Shown here piece by piece: positions 13,952 through 30,300 of a stretch of 64,000 nt of DNA. This stretch comes from Schmidtea polychroa (lineage: Eukaryota), in contig CM097885.1 in assembly GCA_044892525.1 (NCBI GenBank), positions 24,430,001 to 24,494,000 of the forward strand, read 5' to 3'. Under the pieces are notes generated by a model. That model worked only from the letters and a program-made list of their open reading frames with translations. It was not told the origin of the DNA and ran no database searches. The position numbers and the translations under genes were made by a program. Each line of letters starts with the position of its first letter. The first letter of the stretch is position 1.

Positions 13952-16900
13952 AGTAGGTAGATAGTAGCCCACTGGAACAATTACCCCCCCCCGGGGGGGG
14001 GGGGTAAAATTGTTCCAACTTTTTATTACGCAATTGTTCCAACTCACATTTTTTGCTCTCAGGGATTTTTGGTCCAAATTATTTTTTTATCACACTATAG
14101 TGAGGGGGTCTCGATGGTCCTGGGATTTTCAATACAAAAAATTTTTTTTCAATACAAAAACGATGGTCCTGGGATTTTCAATACAAAAAATTTTTTTCAA
14201 TACAAAAAGCTGGTCTACACTAAAAAAGCCAAGGATTTTTCAGACTATAGTGAGGTGAGTCTCCTTGGTCCTGAGAAATAGGTGGTCTACACTAAAAAAA
14301 ACGTGGTAATTTAAGGTCTCAGGATATTTTCAATACAAAAAGCTGGTCTACACTAAAAAAGCATGGTAATTTAAGGTCTCAGGATATTTTCAATACAAAA
14401 AGCTGGTCTACACTAAAAAAGCCAAGGATTTTTCAGACTATAGTGAGGTGAGTCTCCTTGGTCCTGAGAAATAGGTGGTCTACACTAAAAAACGTTGTAA
14501 ATTTTTCAATTAAAGTAAATAATGGTTCTAAAAAATTAAATTATAGTAAATTATGGCTCAAATTTTTAAATTACAGTAAATTATGGTCCTAAAAATTAAA
14601 TTACAGTAAATTATGGCTCAAATTTTTAAATTACAGTAAATTATGGTCCTAAAAAATAAATTACAGTAAATTATGGCTCAAATTTTTAAATTACAGTAAA
14701 TTATGGTCCAAATTTTTAAATTAAAGTAAATTATGGTTCTAAAAATTAAATTAAAGTAAATTATGGCTCAAATTTTTCAATTACAGTAAATAATGGTTCT
14801 AAAAATTGAATTACAGTAAATAATGGTTCTAAAAATTAAATTAAAGTAAATTATGGTTCTAAAATATTAAATTAAAGTAAATTATGGTTCTAAAATATTA
14901 AATTAAAGTAAATAATGGTCCAAATTTTAAAATTAAAGTAAATTATGGTCCTAAAAAATTAAATTACAGTAAATTATGGTCCTAAAAAATTAAATTAAAG
15001 TAAATTATGGTTCTAAAAATTAAATTAAAGTAAATTATGGCTCAAATTTTTCAATTACAGTAAATAATGGTCCTAAAAAATTAAATTACAGTAAATTATG
15101 GTCTAAATTTTTAAATTAAAGTAAATTATGGTCCTAAAAATTAAATTAAAGTAAATTATGGTTCTAAATTTTAAATTAAAGTAAATTAAGGTTCTAAAAA
15201 ATTAAAATAAAGTAAATTAAGGTCCAAATTTTAAATTAAGTAATCAATGGTAAAAAAATTTTAAATAAGTAAATTAAAGTAATAATTTTTAAATTAAGTA
15301 ATCAATGGTAAAAAATTTTAAATAAGTAAATTAAAGTAAGATTTTAAAATTTAATTACAAAAAGTTGAAGGTGTTTGAGAATTGAAATTTTTTAATGAAA
15401 ATTTTCAATGGTAATTTTTAATGAAAATTTTTATGGAATATTTTTTTAAGTAATTTTTAATAGAAAATTTTATGAAATATTTTTCAATGGTAATTTTTAA
15501 TGGAAATTTTTATGAAATATTTTTCAATGATAATTTTTAATGGAAATTTTTAAGAAATATTTTTCAAAGACAAATTTTAATAATAATTCAACAACAAATC
15601 AACAACTTAGTACCAACAACCAGTAACTTACGAACATGTATTACCAACCAGATACCTACAACCAGTTACCTGATACCAAGTACCAACAACCAAAACATGC
15701 AACCAACTAGGTACCAAGTACTAACAACTAACTACCACCTACCAAGTACCTACAACCAACTACTAAGTACTAACAACCAAAAACAACCAACTAGGTACTA
15801 GATACCAAGTACTTACAACAAACATCAACCAAGTACTTACTACCAACTACCAAGTACTTACAACTAGTTACTAACAACTAGTTACCTGCTACCAAGTACT
15901 TACAATTAGTTACTAACAACCTGTTACCTGATACCAAGTACCTACAACCAACTACTAAGTACTAACAACAAAAAACAACGAAGTACCTACAACAAATTAC
16001 CAGATACCAAGTGCCTACAACTAGTTACTAACAACTAGTTACCTGATACTAAGTACCTACAACCACCTAACAAGTACTAACAACCAAAAACAAGCAACCA
16101 AACAGGTATCAGATACCACCTACTAAGTACCAACAACCAACTAGTTACCAGATACCTACAACTAGATACTAACAACTAGGTCTCAAACAACTAAATACTA
16201 ACAACCAGGTACTAAGCATTAATTACCAACTACTAAGTACCTACAACCTACAACTAGATACTAACAACCAGTTACCTGATACCAAGTACTAACAACCGTC
16301 AACAACCAGGTACTAAGGCTTATCAACCTACAACTAGTTACTAACAACCAGTTACCAACTACTAAGCATTAATTACCTACAACTAGTTACTAACAACTAG
16401 ATACCAAGTACATACAACCAGACACTAAGCATTATCAACCAAGTACTAACAACTAAATACTAAACACTAACAACCGACAATAACCAGGTACTAAGCATCA
16501 TCAACCAACTACTAAGTACCTACAACTAGATACTAACAACCAGTTACCCATTAACTAGCTACAACCAGCACTCAACTAGCTACCAACTACTAAGTACCTA
16601 CAACCAAGTACTAACAACTAGATACCTAGTTACTAACAACCCGCTAACAACTAACAACTAGATACCAAGTACCAGTAAATTACGAACATGTATTAACAAC
16701 CAGATACCTACAACTAGTTACTAACAACTAGTTACCTGATAGCAACCAACTAGCTACCAACTACTAAGTACCTACAACCAACATCAACCAGGTACTAAGC
16801 ATTAATTACCAACTACTAAGTACCTACAACCAACATCAACCAGGTACTAAGCATTAATTACCAACTACTAAGTACCTACAACCAACTAGCTACCACCTAC

Positions 16901-17356
16901 CAAGTACTAACAACCAGTTACCAACTACTAAGCATTAATTACCTACAACTAGTTACTAACAACTAGCTACCAAGTACATACAACCAGACACTAAGCATTA
17001 TCAACCAAGTACTAACAACCAAGTACAAGATACCTAGTACTGTCAACTAGATACCAAACACTTACAACCAGATGACCACATGAAATTATTGGTTAAATAT
17101 GAAAATAAGGGTTATAATTAGTTGTTAAGTAAATTATGGTGTAAAATTAAGAAATAAAGAATAATTAGGTAAATTAAAGTTAAAAATTTTAAATAAGTAA
17201 ATTAAGATTCAAAATTTAAAATTAAGTATCCAATGGTTCAAATTTTAAATTAAAGCTAAATAAGTAAATTAAAGTAAGATTTTTAAATTTATTATCAAAA
17301 GATTGAATAACCACCAACTTTTTTGAGAAATGTAATTTATAATGAAAATTTAAATG

Positions 17357-17428
<72 letters not shown>

Positions 17429-20400
17429 TAATAATAATTAAACAGTTACCAACAATCGGTTACTGATTATTTTTTAACTAGGTGCTAACAAATACTTACA
17501 ACTAGATACCACGTACTAACTAACTCTCAAACAACCAGATACTTACAACTAACTACTAAATATTCTTTATTGTATTTTATGAAATGCTTTTTAAATTAAT
17601 ATTTTTTATACAGCTTCTATAATAATTTTAATTACAATCAGTAAAAAAACCTTTTCAAAATGTCTAAATTTAACAAAAATGTTGATTTTCATCAAAAAAC
17701 CAGAACTCAACCACTTTAAAACACCACGTGGAATTCAAAATAATTACAATGAAAGACTAATGAATTCTAATTTACAAAACATTCTTCTTTTAAATGATAA
17801 CTACTGACTTATTATTGCAAAGTAAAAATCACATTCAATAAATACTTATTATTGATCAGTTTTATTATATATACTCTGAGTTTATCCGACAGGATGTTTT
17901 GACCCCCTAAGGGTACAGGTCGTAAGGGTATTAGTCGTAAGGGTACTGGTCGTAAAGGTACTAGTCGTAGGGGTATTGGTAACACTTAACCACAACCTAT
18001 CCATTAACTAGCTACTAAGTACTAACCACTAGGTTTCAAACAACAACTACTAACAACCACCATCAAAACCCATCGAGAAATTAACAAATATCAACCTACA
18101 ACTATATAACAATCAGTAAACAACACTGTACCAACTACCAAATACAAGATACCAACAACTTAGTACCAACAATCAACTAACAACACATAAAAATAATAGC
18201 AATTAAATACAAAATATTCTTCATCGCATACACTATTTTCTTATCAAAATCTAAAAAGTCAACCAACTACTTACAACTAACAACTATGTACTAACAAATT
18301 GATCTTTAAAAGAAAATACTCATCACTTGAAAAATTAGATGGAAAATTAATTGAACTCAAGACATCAATAACTTGGTAAAAATTGATTAAATAATTGTAA
18401 AAATTTAAATTATTCGAAATAAATATCATAAAAATTAAATTAATGGACAAAAAAAATTCTAGTCATCCAGTAAATAAAAAAAAATATTGATCATTCAAGT
18501 TATTATGAATCAACTAAGATAATAAATTAATAAAAATTTTGAAATAAGATCTAGTAGATAATTGATTTAGATTGAATAAATTAATTGAAATAAAATTAAT
18601 TTTAATTATTTTTTTAAAAGTAATACATGTACTCAAATTGATTGACTGATTTCTCAATATATTCAAAAAATCAGTATAAATTCATTACAATTATCAAAGT
18701 CAGCAATCTACAATAAAAATAATTATCATTAAATTCCAAGAGAGACTAGAAAACTAATGATAACATCTAATAAACCAGTAAATTCATTTAAATAGCAATA
18801 ATTGGTATATCCAAGTGAATTCTCTAATAAAACCATCTAAAAAGAATCATTTTCCCTGAAATATATCAATATTTAAAGATTGGTATTTTAATGATAAGTA
18901 CTTGTTAAAGATCATATATTCACCTCAAACTAACAAGATTCCTTAAAATCCCCTTAAATGACTATATTTCTATCCTTAATTCATATTATTACAAATATCA
19001 TCTAAAAAGCATCAAATTTCATTGAAATAACACTATCTTTAAAGATTGATATTTTAATGATAAGTACCCTTAAAAGACTATATATTCACCTCAAACTAAC
19101 AAGATTCCTTAAAATCTCTTAAATGACTATATTTCTACCCTTAATCCATATTATTACAAATATTTCACTAAAATCATCTAAAAAGCATCAAATTTCCCTG
19201 AAATAACTATCTTTAAAGATTAGTATTTTATCGATAAATATCCTTAAAAGGTTATATATATACCTCAGACTAATAAGATTCCTTAAAATCCCCTTTAAAT
19301 GACTTTAATTCCTATTATCACGAATATTATAAAACATGTAAAATAATTTGGTCATTAACCCTAAATAATTTATAAAATCTAATGATAAAACCGGTTATAA
19401 TAAAATTTTTGTTAATCACTGTACTCGAAATTTAAAATAAATATAACTGACTAGGTCCCATTGAAAGATTAAATTTATCCATTCAATAAAATATATTTCT
19501 TCAAATGATCATTTTTACCGATATTCAACCGATTTAATTACTAATTAAAATCAAGATTCCTTCCAATAAAGATCAATTTTATTTAGTGTTTGTCGATGTT
19601 TTAAGTCCATATTTCTCAACTTTTGTCATTCTCCGCCTAAATAAAGATAAAAATAAATTAAAGTTGATATCAATCCCAATTATCTGTAAAGATTTCATTG
19701 TCAAAATCAAGTAAATCGGTCATTAACACTACGTAATAAAATATTGTTCTAAATTAATTTACTGTGCATTAATCACAACCTAATAAAACGATATAATTAT
19801 TATTGATACATAACTGACTAATTGACATTTCCCTTAAAACATTGATATTTTACCAACATCACCCTTAAAAAATCATATATTCCCACCTTATCCGATCTCT
19901 CATTAAAATAAATCGACTATATCTCCCCTACAACGATAAATTCCCATCTTAACCCATCCCTCATTAAATCTAACCGACTATATCCCCTCAAAAGATCATA
20001 TATTCCCATCTTAACCCATTCTTCATTAAATCCAATCGACTATATCTCCCTTACAATGATATATTCCCATCTTAACCGATCTCTCATTAAATCTAACCGA
20101 CTATATCTCCCTTAAAAGATCATATTTTCCCATCTTAATCGATCTCTCATTAAATATTTCTACCTCTTTAAACATCTAACCAAATATAACCTTCAATTCT
20201 ACTCACTTGAATCCTCCTTTAATTCAGTCAATCCTCTTAAAATCCTTAAAGAATTCTTCAAAAAATATGAATTTTCATAAACACCAAATATTCTTCCATT
20301 GAAATAATTTAGAAGCTATGTAGTAAGAGCCTACTAAAAGATCAAAAATCAATATTTTCTACAAATATTTACCATCAAATACTGGAGATGATATATATTG

Positions 20401-23400
20401 ATTGATTATAATTCTTCATCGATTCAGCCAATCATTTTCAAGCAATAACAGCAAACTAAATTTCTTTATATCCTACAATAATTATCACGTAAATTTAAAG
20501 TCCCTGATAAAGTTAACTGGTTTCTTAGCTTATGTTTTTAAAGATCATCAATGTGTAAATATTCTTAGAAAATTATTGAAAAAATTATTTATTCAAATAT
20601 ATTACAAAGTTATCATCAAAAATTTATTCTATCACTTAATTATTAACCTAATTGTCAATGAAATTAATTTTTATTTAAAAACTATTCAATAAAATACAAC
20701 TAATTATCAAGAAATTAATTAAATTTATCAATTAAATTTATCACCATTAAAACTTTTAATCAGTCAACATGAAATTCTTAGAAAATTATTCAATATCCTC
20801 ATCAAAATTTATCCTACCACTTGATTATTGTAAAAACTCTAATTATTAACCTCATTGAAAATAATTTTTATTTAAAATTAAAAATACATCCAATTATCAA
20901 GAAATTAATTAAATTTATCTTAGAACTAACTTTAAATTATTAAATATTCATTCAATAAACATGAAATTTGCAAAAATGATAGAAATTCATAAAAATGATA
21001 GATATCCACAAAAAATTACGGAAATTCATGAAAATATTAGAAATTCACGTTTTCATGATGGAAATTCACAAAAATGATAGAAATTCATAAAAATGATAGA
21101 AATTTACTTGAATAAAACCATCAACTCTAAAAATTATCAATGAATGCCTTATACAAATTTGCCTAAATAATCATTCAAATAAAAGCATTAAATACCTTTA
21201 CGACTAATACACTTACGACATGTTGAATGTGAGTAGTACCCTTGTGAGCAATACCCATAGGGGGACAGAATATTTTGTCGGATAAACTCAGAGTATATAT
21301 TAATTAACTCATTCTTCATTGAATCAGTAAAATTATCATAAATTTCGATAAAAATTCTAAAGTGGTAAGCAATGTAAAGAGAAATATTCTTTAAACTTTG
21401 ATAAAATTAACAATGAAGGTGGTAAGAATCTTCATTAAAGTGAGGAAATTATTCATTACTCGATTCAAATGGGTGAAAATAATTGGTAAAATAATTCATT
21501 AATGGATCATGAGAGGAAAATACTGAGAAGTGGCATAGATAACATGAAGGTTGATAAGAATGGAAATATATTATTTAAAATTATTTCATAAAATTCATAA
21601 ATTTAATAAAAACAAAACTTTTAAAACAAATATTTGTGGGGGATGTTTTAAGTGAATAATTAATCAAAATCGGTGGAATATAAGTAGAAAATCGGGGGGG
21701 GGGTGAGGGTTATAAGTGAATAACTAATGGAAAATCGGTGGAAAATATAGGGATTAAATAGTGGAGAATAATAGTGAATATAAGTGAGGAGGATATATAA
21801 TTTAAGCTAGTTTATTACATAACAAGCCGCGACTAGTTTATTACATAACAAGCCGCGACTATTTTATTACATAACAAGCTGTGAATAGTATTTTATTGAA
21901 AATTATTGATTAGGTCTTTTTTTTTTAATTTTTGAATAGGTACTTTAATACCTTAATAATTTAAATGTTTTGATTTACACCAAATAATTTCTAAATCAAT
22001 TACCCTTTTCAATCAAAATAAGTTAATATTCAAACATGAGTCTTATAAAATACAATAAACATTTTATAAGTTTTTCAAATTCTCAAATATTGTAAATAAG
22101 AAATTAATCTATTACCAGTTATATACTTCTAAACTTATTGACGGAAATATGTAATAGAAATAAAAAGTAACTTAGGTCATTATTTTTTATCAAATTTATG
22201 ACTAAGTACTCTAATATTACAAAAATAGCTTTTTATTATAAAATTTACTATTTTACACTAAGTATTTCGAAAACAAATATCATAATATGAATTATATTAT
22301 TCTTTTCAATAATAAGATAAAAATTCAAATAAATGACTTATAAAATACAATTAAAATTAAATTCTTTACACTAAATTTAAAAATATAAATTTTATAGGTA
22401 AATGTGAATAAGAAATTAATTTATTAACAGTTATAGACTTTTAAAGCTTAATGATGGAATTAGGTAATAGAAAGTAAATTTTTTTTAAAAGTCCTTTAAT
22501 ATTGTATACTAGTCATTATTTAATTTACTATTTTACACTAAATATTTCTATTTAGAAAACAATCATCATAATATTAAATATGAAAGTTCAATCAAAATAA
22601 GCTAATACTCGAATATATATCTTATAAAATACAATCAAAATTAAATACTTCAAAAATTTTAAGTAAAGTTTTTTAAATTCTCAAGATATTAATTTATTAA
22701 TCATTAAAGACTATTTAAACTTATCATTAGAATTAAACAATAATATATTAAAAATACAATTAAAATTAAATTATATACTAGGTAAAATGTTGGTAAAATA
22801 CCAATCACAGCTTGTTATGTAATAAAATAGTCGCGGCTTGTTATGTAATAAACTAGCTTAAATTATATATCCTCCTCACTTATATTCACTATTATTCTCC
22901 ACTATTTAATCCCTATATTTTCCACCGATTTTCCATTAGTTATTCACTTATAACCCTCACCCCCCCCCCGATTTTCTACTTATATTCCACCGATTTTGAT
23001 TAATTATTCACTTAAAACATCCCCCACAAATATTTGTTTTAAAAGTTTTGTTTTTATTAAATTTATGAATTTTATGAAATAATTTTAAATAATATATTTC
23101 CATTCTTATCAACCTTCATGTTATCTATGCCACTTCTCAGTATTTTCCTCTCATGATCCATTAATGAATTATTTTACCAATTATTTTCACCCATTTGAAT
23201 CGAGTAATGAATAATTTCCTCACTTTAATGAAGATTCTTACCACCTTCATTGTTAATTTTATCAAAGTTTAAAGAATATTTCTCTTTACATTGCTTACCA
23301 CTTTAGAATTTTTATCGAAATTTATGATAATTTTACTGATTCAATGAAGAATGAGTTAATTAATATATACTCTGAGTTTATCCGACAAAATATTCTGTCC

Positions 23401-26400
23401 CCCTATGGGTATTGCTCACAAGGGTACTACTCACATTCAACATGTCGTAAGTGTATTAGTCGTAAAGGTATTTAATGCTTTTATTTGAATGATTATTTAG
23501 GCAAATTTGTATAAGGCATTCATTGATAATTTTTAGAGTTGATGGTTTTATTCAAGTAAATTTCTATCATTTTTATGAATTTCTATCATTTTTGTGAATT
23601 TCCATCATGAAAACGTGAATTTCTAATATTTTCATGAATTTCCGTAATTTTTTGTGGATATCTATCATTTTTATGAATTTCTATCATTTTTGCAAATTTC
23701 ATGTTTATTGAATGAATATTTAATAATTTAAAGTTAGTTCTAAGATAAATTTAATTAATTTCTTGATAATTGGATGTATTTTTAATTTTAAATAAAAATT
23801 ATTTTCAATGAGGTTAATAATTAGAGTTTTTACAATAATCAAGTGGTAGGATAAATTTTGATGAGGATATTGAATAATTTTCTAAGAATTTCATGTTGAC
23901 TGATTAAAAGTTTTAATGGTGATAAATTTAATTGATAAATTTAATTAATTTCTTGATAATTAGTTGTATTTTATTGAATAGTTTTTAAATAAAAATTAAT
24001 TTCATTGACAATTAGGTTAATAATTAAGTGATAGAATAAATTTTTGATGATAACTTTGTAATATATTTGAATAAATAATTTTTTCAATAATTTTCTAAGA
24101 ATATTTACACATTGATGATCTTTAAAAACATAAGCTAAGAAACCAGTTAACTTTATCAGGGACTTTAAATTTACGTGATAATTATTGTAGGATATAAAGA
24201 AATTTAGTTTGCTGTTATTGCTTGAAAATGATTGGCTGAATCGATGAAGAATTATAATCAATCAATATATATCATCTCCAGTATTTGATGGTAAATATTT
24301 GTAGAAAATATTGATTTTTGATCTTTTAGTAGGCTCTTACTACATAGCTTCTAAATTATTTCAATGGAAGAATATTTGGTGTTTATGAAAATTCATATTT
24401 TTTGAAGAATTCTTTAAGGATTTTAAGAGGATTGACTGAATTAAAGGAGGATTCAAGTGAGTAGAATTGAAGGTTATATTTGGTTAGATGTTTAAAGAGG
24501 TAGAAATATTTAATGAGAGATCGATTAAGATGGGAAAATATGATCTTTTAAGGGAGATATAGTCGGTTAGATTTAATGAGAGATCGGTTAAGATGGGAAT
24601 ATATCATTGTAAGGGAGATATAGTCGATTGGATTTAATGAAGAATGGGTTAAGATGGGAATATATGATCTTTTGAGGGGATATAGTCGGTTAGATTTAAT
24701 GAGGGATGGGTTAAGATGGGAATTTATCGTTGTAGGGGAGATATAGTCGATTTATTTTAATGAGAGATCGGATAAGGTGGGAATATATGATTTTTTAAGG
24801 GTGATGTTGGTAAAATATCAATGTTTTAAGGGAAATGTCAATTAGTCAGTTATGTATCAATAATAATTATATCGTTTTATTAGGTTGTGATTAATGCACA
24901 GTAAATTAATTTAGAACAATATTTTATTACGTAGTGTTAATGACCGATTTACTTGATTTTGACAATGAAATCTTTACAGATAATTGGGATTGATATCAAC
25001 TTTAATTTATTTTTATCTTTATTTAGGCGGAGAATGACAAAAGTTGAGAAATATGGACTTAAAACATCGACAAACACTAAATAAAATTGATCTTTATTGG
25101 AAGGAATCTTGATTTTAATTAGTAATTAAATCGGTTGAATATCGGTAAAAATGATCATTTGAAGAAATATATTTTATTGAATGGATAAATTTAATCTTTC
25201 AATGGGACCTAGTCAGTTATATTTATTTTAAATTTCGAGTACAGTGATTAACAAAAATTTTATTATAACCGGTTTTATCATTAGATTTTATAAATTATTT
25301 AGGGTTAATGACCAAATTATTTTACATGTTTTATAATATTCGTGATAATAGGAATTAAAGTCATTTAAAGGGGATTTTAAGGAATCTTATTAGTCTGAGG
25401 TATATATATAACCTTTTAAGGATATTTATCGATAAAATACTAATCTTTAAAGATAGTTATTTCAGGGAAATTTGATGCTTTTTAGATGATTTTAGTGAAA
25501 TATTTGTAATAATATGGATTAAGGGTAGAAATATAGTCATTTAAGAGATTTTAAGGAATCTTGTTAGTTTGAGGTGAATATATAGTCTTTTAAGGGTACT
25601 TATCATTAAAATATCAATCTTTAAAGATAGTGTTATTTCAATGAAATTTGATGCTTTTTAGATGATATTTGTAATAATATGAATTAAGGATAGAAATATA
25701 GTCATTTAAGGGGATTTTAAGGAATCTTGTTAGTTTGAGGTGAATATATGATCTTTAACAAGTACTTATCATTAAAATACCAATCTTTAAATATTGATAT
25801 ATTTCAGGGAAAATGATTCTTTTTAGATGGTTTTATTAGAGAATTCACTTGGATATACCAATTATTGCTATTTAAATGAATTTACTGGTTTATTAGATGT
25901 TATCATTAGTTTTCTAGTCTCTCTTGGAATTTAATGATAATTATTTTTATTGTAGATTGCTGACTTTGATAATTGTAATGAATTTATACTGATTTTTTGA
26001 ATATATTGAGAAATCAGTCAATCAATTTGAGTACATGTATTACTTTTAAAAAAATAATTAAAATTAATTTTATTTCAATTAATTTATTCAATCTAAATCA
26101 ATTATCTACTAGATCTTATTTCAAAATTTTTATTAATTTATTATCTTAGTTGATTCATAATAACTTGAATGATCAATATTTTTTTTTATTTACTGGATGA
26201 CTAGAATTTTTTTTGTCCATTAATTTAATTTTTATGATATTTATTTCGAATAATTTAAATTTTTACAATTATTTAATCAATTTTTACCAAGTTATTGATG
26301 TCTTGAGTTCAATTAATTTTCCATCTAATTTTTCAAGTGATGAGTATTTTCTTTTAAAGATCAATTTGTTAGTACATAGTTGTTAGTTGTAAGTAGTTGG

Positions 26401-27234
26401 TTGACTTTTTAGATTTTGATAAGAAAATAGTGTATGCGATGAAGAATATTTTGTATTTAATTGCTATTATTTTTATGTGTTGTTAGTTGATTGTTGGTAC
26501 TAAGTTGTTGGTATCTTGTATTTGGTAGTTGGTACAGTGTTGTTTACTGATTGTTATATAGTTGTAGGTTGATATTTGTTAATTTCTCGATGGGTTTTGA
26601 TGGTGGTTGTTAGTAGTTGTTGTTTGAAACCTAGTGGTTAGTACTTAGTAGCTAGTTAATGGATAGGTTGTGGTTAAGTGTTACCAATACCCCTACGACT
26701 AGTACCTTTACGACCAGTACCCTTACGACTAATACCCTTACGACCTGTACCCTTAGGGGGTCAAAACATCCTGTCGGATAAACTCAGAGTATATATAATA
26801 AAACTGATCAATAATAAGTATTTATTGAATGTGATTTTTACTTTGCAATAATAAGTCAGTAGTTATCATTTAAAAGAAGAATGTTTTGTAAATTAGAATT
26901 CATTAGTCTTTCATTGTAATTATTTTGAATTCCACGTGGTGTTTTAAAGTGGTTGAGTTCTGGTTTTTTGATGAAAATCAACATTTTTGTTAAATTTAGA
27001 CATTTTGAAAAGGTTTTTTTACTGATTGTAATTAAAATTATTATAGAAGCTGTATAAAAAATATTAATTTAAAAAGCATTTCATAAAATACAATAAAGAA
27101 TATTTAGTAGTTAGTTGTAAGTATCTGGTTGTTTGAGAGTTAGTTAGTACGTGGTATCTAGTTGTAAGTATTTGTTAGCACCTAGTTAAAAAATAATCAG
27201 TAACCGATTGTTGGTAACTGTTTAATTATTATTA

Positions 27235-27306
<72 letters not shown>

Positions 27307-30300
27307 CATTTAAATTTTCATTATAAATTACATTTCTCAAAAAAGTTGGTGGTTATTCAATCTTTTGATAATAAATTTAAAAATCTTACTTTAATTTACT
27401 TATTTAGCTTTAATTTAAAATTTGAACCATTGGATACTTAATTTTAAATTTTGAATCTTAATTTACTTATTTAAAATTTTTAACTTTAATTTACCTAATT
27501 ATTCTTTATTTCTTAATTTTACACCATAATTTACTTAACAACTAATTATAACCCTTATTTTCATATTTAACCAATAATTTCATGTGGTCATCTGGTTGTA
27601 AGTGTTTGGTATCTAGTTGACAGTACTAGGTAAGTTACTTGGTTGTTAGTACTTGGTTGATAATGCTTAGTACCTGGTTGATGTTGGTTATATGTACTTG
27701 GTATCTAGTTGTTAGTAACTAGTTGTATGTAATTAATGCTTAGTAGTTGGTAACTGGTTGTTAGTACTTGGTAGGTGGTTGTTAGTTGGTTGTAGGTACT
27801 TAGTAGTTGGTTGATAATGCTTAGTACCTGGTTGTTGTTGGTTGTTAGTACTTGGTATCTAGTACCTAGTTGGTTGGTTGTTAGTAACTAGTTGTAAGTA
27901 CTTGGTAGCAGGTAACTGGTTTTTAGTATCTAGTTGTAGGTTGTAGGTACTTAGTAGTTAGTTGATGATGCTTAGTACCTGGTTGATGTTGGTTGTAAGT
28001 ACTTGGTATCAGGTAACTAGTTGGTTGTAGGTACTTAGTAGTTGGTAACTGGTACCTGGTTGATGTTGGTTGTAAGTACTTGGTATCTAGTTGTTAGTAA
28101 CTAGTTGTAGGTAATTAATGCTTAGTAGTTGGTTGTAGGTACTTGGTATCAGGTAACTGGTTGTTAGTAACTAATTGTAAGTACTTGGTAGCAGGTAACT
28201 AGTTGTTAGTAACTAGTTGTAAGTACTTGGTAGTTGGTAGTAAGTACTTGGTTGATGTTTGTTGTAAGTACTTGGTATCTAGTACCTAGTTGGTTGTTTT
28301 TGGTTGTTAGTACTTAGTAGTTGGTTGTAGGTACTTGTTAGGTGGTTAATGGGTAGATGGTTGTAGGTACTTCGTAACTGTTTGTTAGTATCTAGTTGTA
28401 GGTACCTGGTTGATGTTGGTTGTATGTACTTGTTAGGTGGTTTTAGGTACTTGGTTGATGTTGGTTGTATGTACTTGTTAGGTGGTTGTTAGTACTTAGT
28501 AGTTGGTTGTAAGTAGTAGGTATCTGGTTGTTAGTTGTTAGCTGGTTGTAGCTAGTTAATGGGTAGGTGGTTGTAGGTACTTCGTAACTGTTTGTTAGTA
28601 TCTAGTTGTAGGTACCTGGTTGATGTTGGTTGTATGTACTTGTTAGGTGGTTTTAGGTACTTGGTTGATAATGCTTAGTACCTAGTTGTTGTAGGTTGTT
28701 AGTACTTGGTATCTAGTACCTGGTTGTTGTTAGTTGTTAGTACTTGGTAGCTAGTTAATAGGTAGGTGGTTGTAGGTACTTGGTATCTAGTTGTTAGCTA
28801 GTTGTTTTTGATTGTTAGTACTTGGTAGCTAGTTGGTTGCTTGTTTTTGGTTGTTAGTAACTAGTTTTAAGTACTAGGTATCAGGTAACTGGTTGTTAGT
28901 ATTTAGTTGTAAGTACTTGGTATCAGGTAACTAGTTGGTTGTAGGTACTTGGTATCTAGTTGTTAGTAACTAGTTGTAGGTATCTGGTAACTGGTTGTTA
29001 GTATCTAGTTGTAGGTTGTAGGTGCTTAGTAGCAGGTAACTGGTTGTTAGTAACTAGTTGTAGGTATCTGGTTGTTAGTACTTGGTAGTTGGTTGGTTGC
29101 TGTTAGCTGGTTGTAGTTAATTAATGCTTAGTAGTTGGTAACTGGTTGTTAGTACTTGGTAGGTGGTAGCTAGTTGGTTGTTTGTTTTTGGTTGTTAGTA
29201 CTTGGTAGTTGGTTGGTTGCTGTTAGCTGGTTGTAGTTAATTAATGCTTAGTACCTGGTTGATGTTGGTTAATAATGCTTAGTACTTGGTTGTTGTCGGT
29301 TGTGAGTACTTGGTATCTAGTACCTAGTTGGTTGGTTGTTGTTGGTTGTGAGTACTTGGTATCTAGTTGTAGGTTGTAGCTAGGTAATTGGTAGGTGGTT
29401 GTATGTACTTGGTAGTTAGTTGTAAGTACTTGGTACCTAGTTGGTTGGTTGTTTTGTTGTATGTACTTGGTAACAGGTAACTGGTTGTAGGTATCTGGTT
29501 GGTAATACATGTTCGTAAGTTACTGGTTGTTGGTACTAAGTTGTTGATTTGTTGTTGAATTATTATTAAAATTTGACTTTGAAAAATATTTCATAAAAAT
29601 TTTCATTAAAAGTTATCTTAAAAATTTCCATCTAAAATTATCATTGAAAAATATTTCATAAAAATTTCCATTAAAAATTACTTAAAAAATTATTTCATAA
29701 AAATTTCCATTAAAAATTACTTAAAAAATATTTCATTAAAATTTTCATTAAAAAATTTCAATTCTCAAACACCTTCAACTTTTTGTAATTAAATTTTTAA
29801 AATCTTACTTTAATTTACTTATTTAAAATTTTTTACCATTGATTACTTAATTTAAAAATTATTACTTTAATTTACTTATTTAAAATTTTTTACCATTGAT
29901 TACTTAATTTTAAAATTTGGACCTTAATTAACTTATTTAGACCATAATTTACTTTAATTTAATTTTTAGAACCATTATTTACTTTAATTTAATTTTTAGA
30001 ACCATTATTTACTTTAATTTAATTTTTAGAACCATTATTTACTTTAATTTAAAAATTTGAACCTTAATTAACTTTAATTTAATTTTTTAGAACCATAATT
30101 TACTGTAATTTAATTTTTAGACCATAATTTACTGTAATTTAATTTTTTAGACCCATAATTTACTTTAATTTAAATTTTTGGACCATAATTTACTGTAATT
30201 CAAAAATTTGAGCCATAATTTACTGTAATTTAATTTTTTAGGACCATTATTTACTTTAATTGAAAAATTTGAGCCATAATTTACTTTAATTTAATTTTTA

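Noticed and set aside
20402..20692. 96-aa ORF and its mirror at 23971
   Set aside because: Non-ATG start, not open in the C or A paralogues, and its identity is explained by the palindrome.
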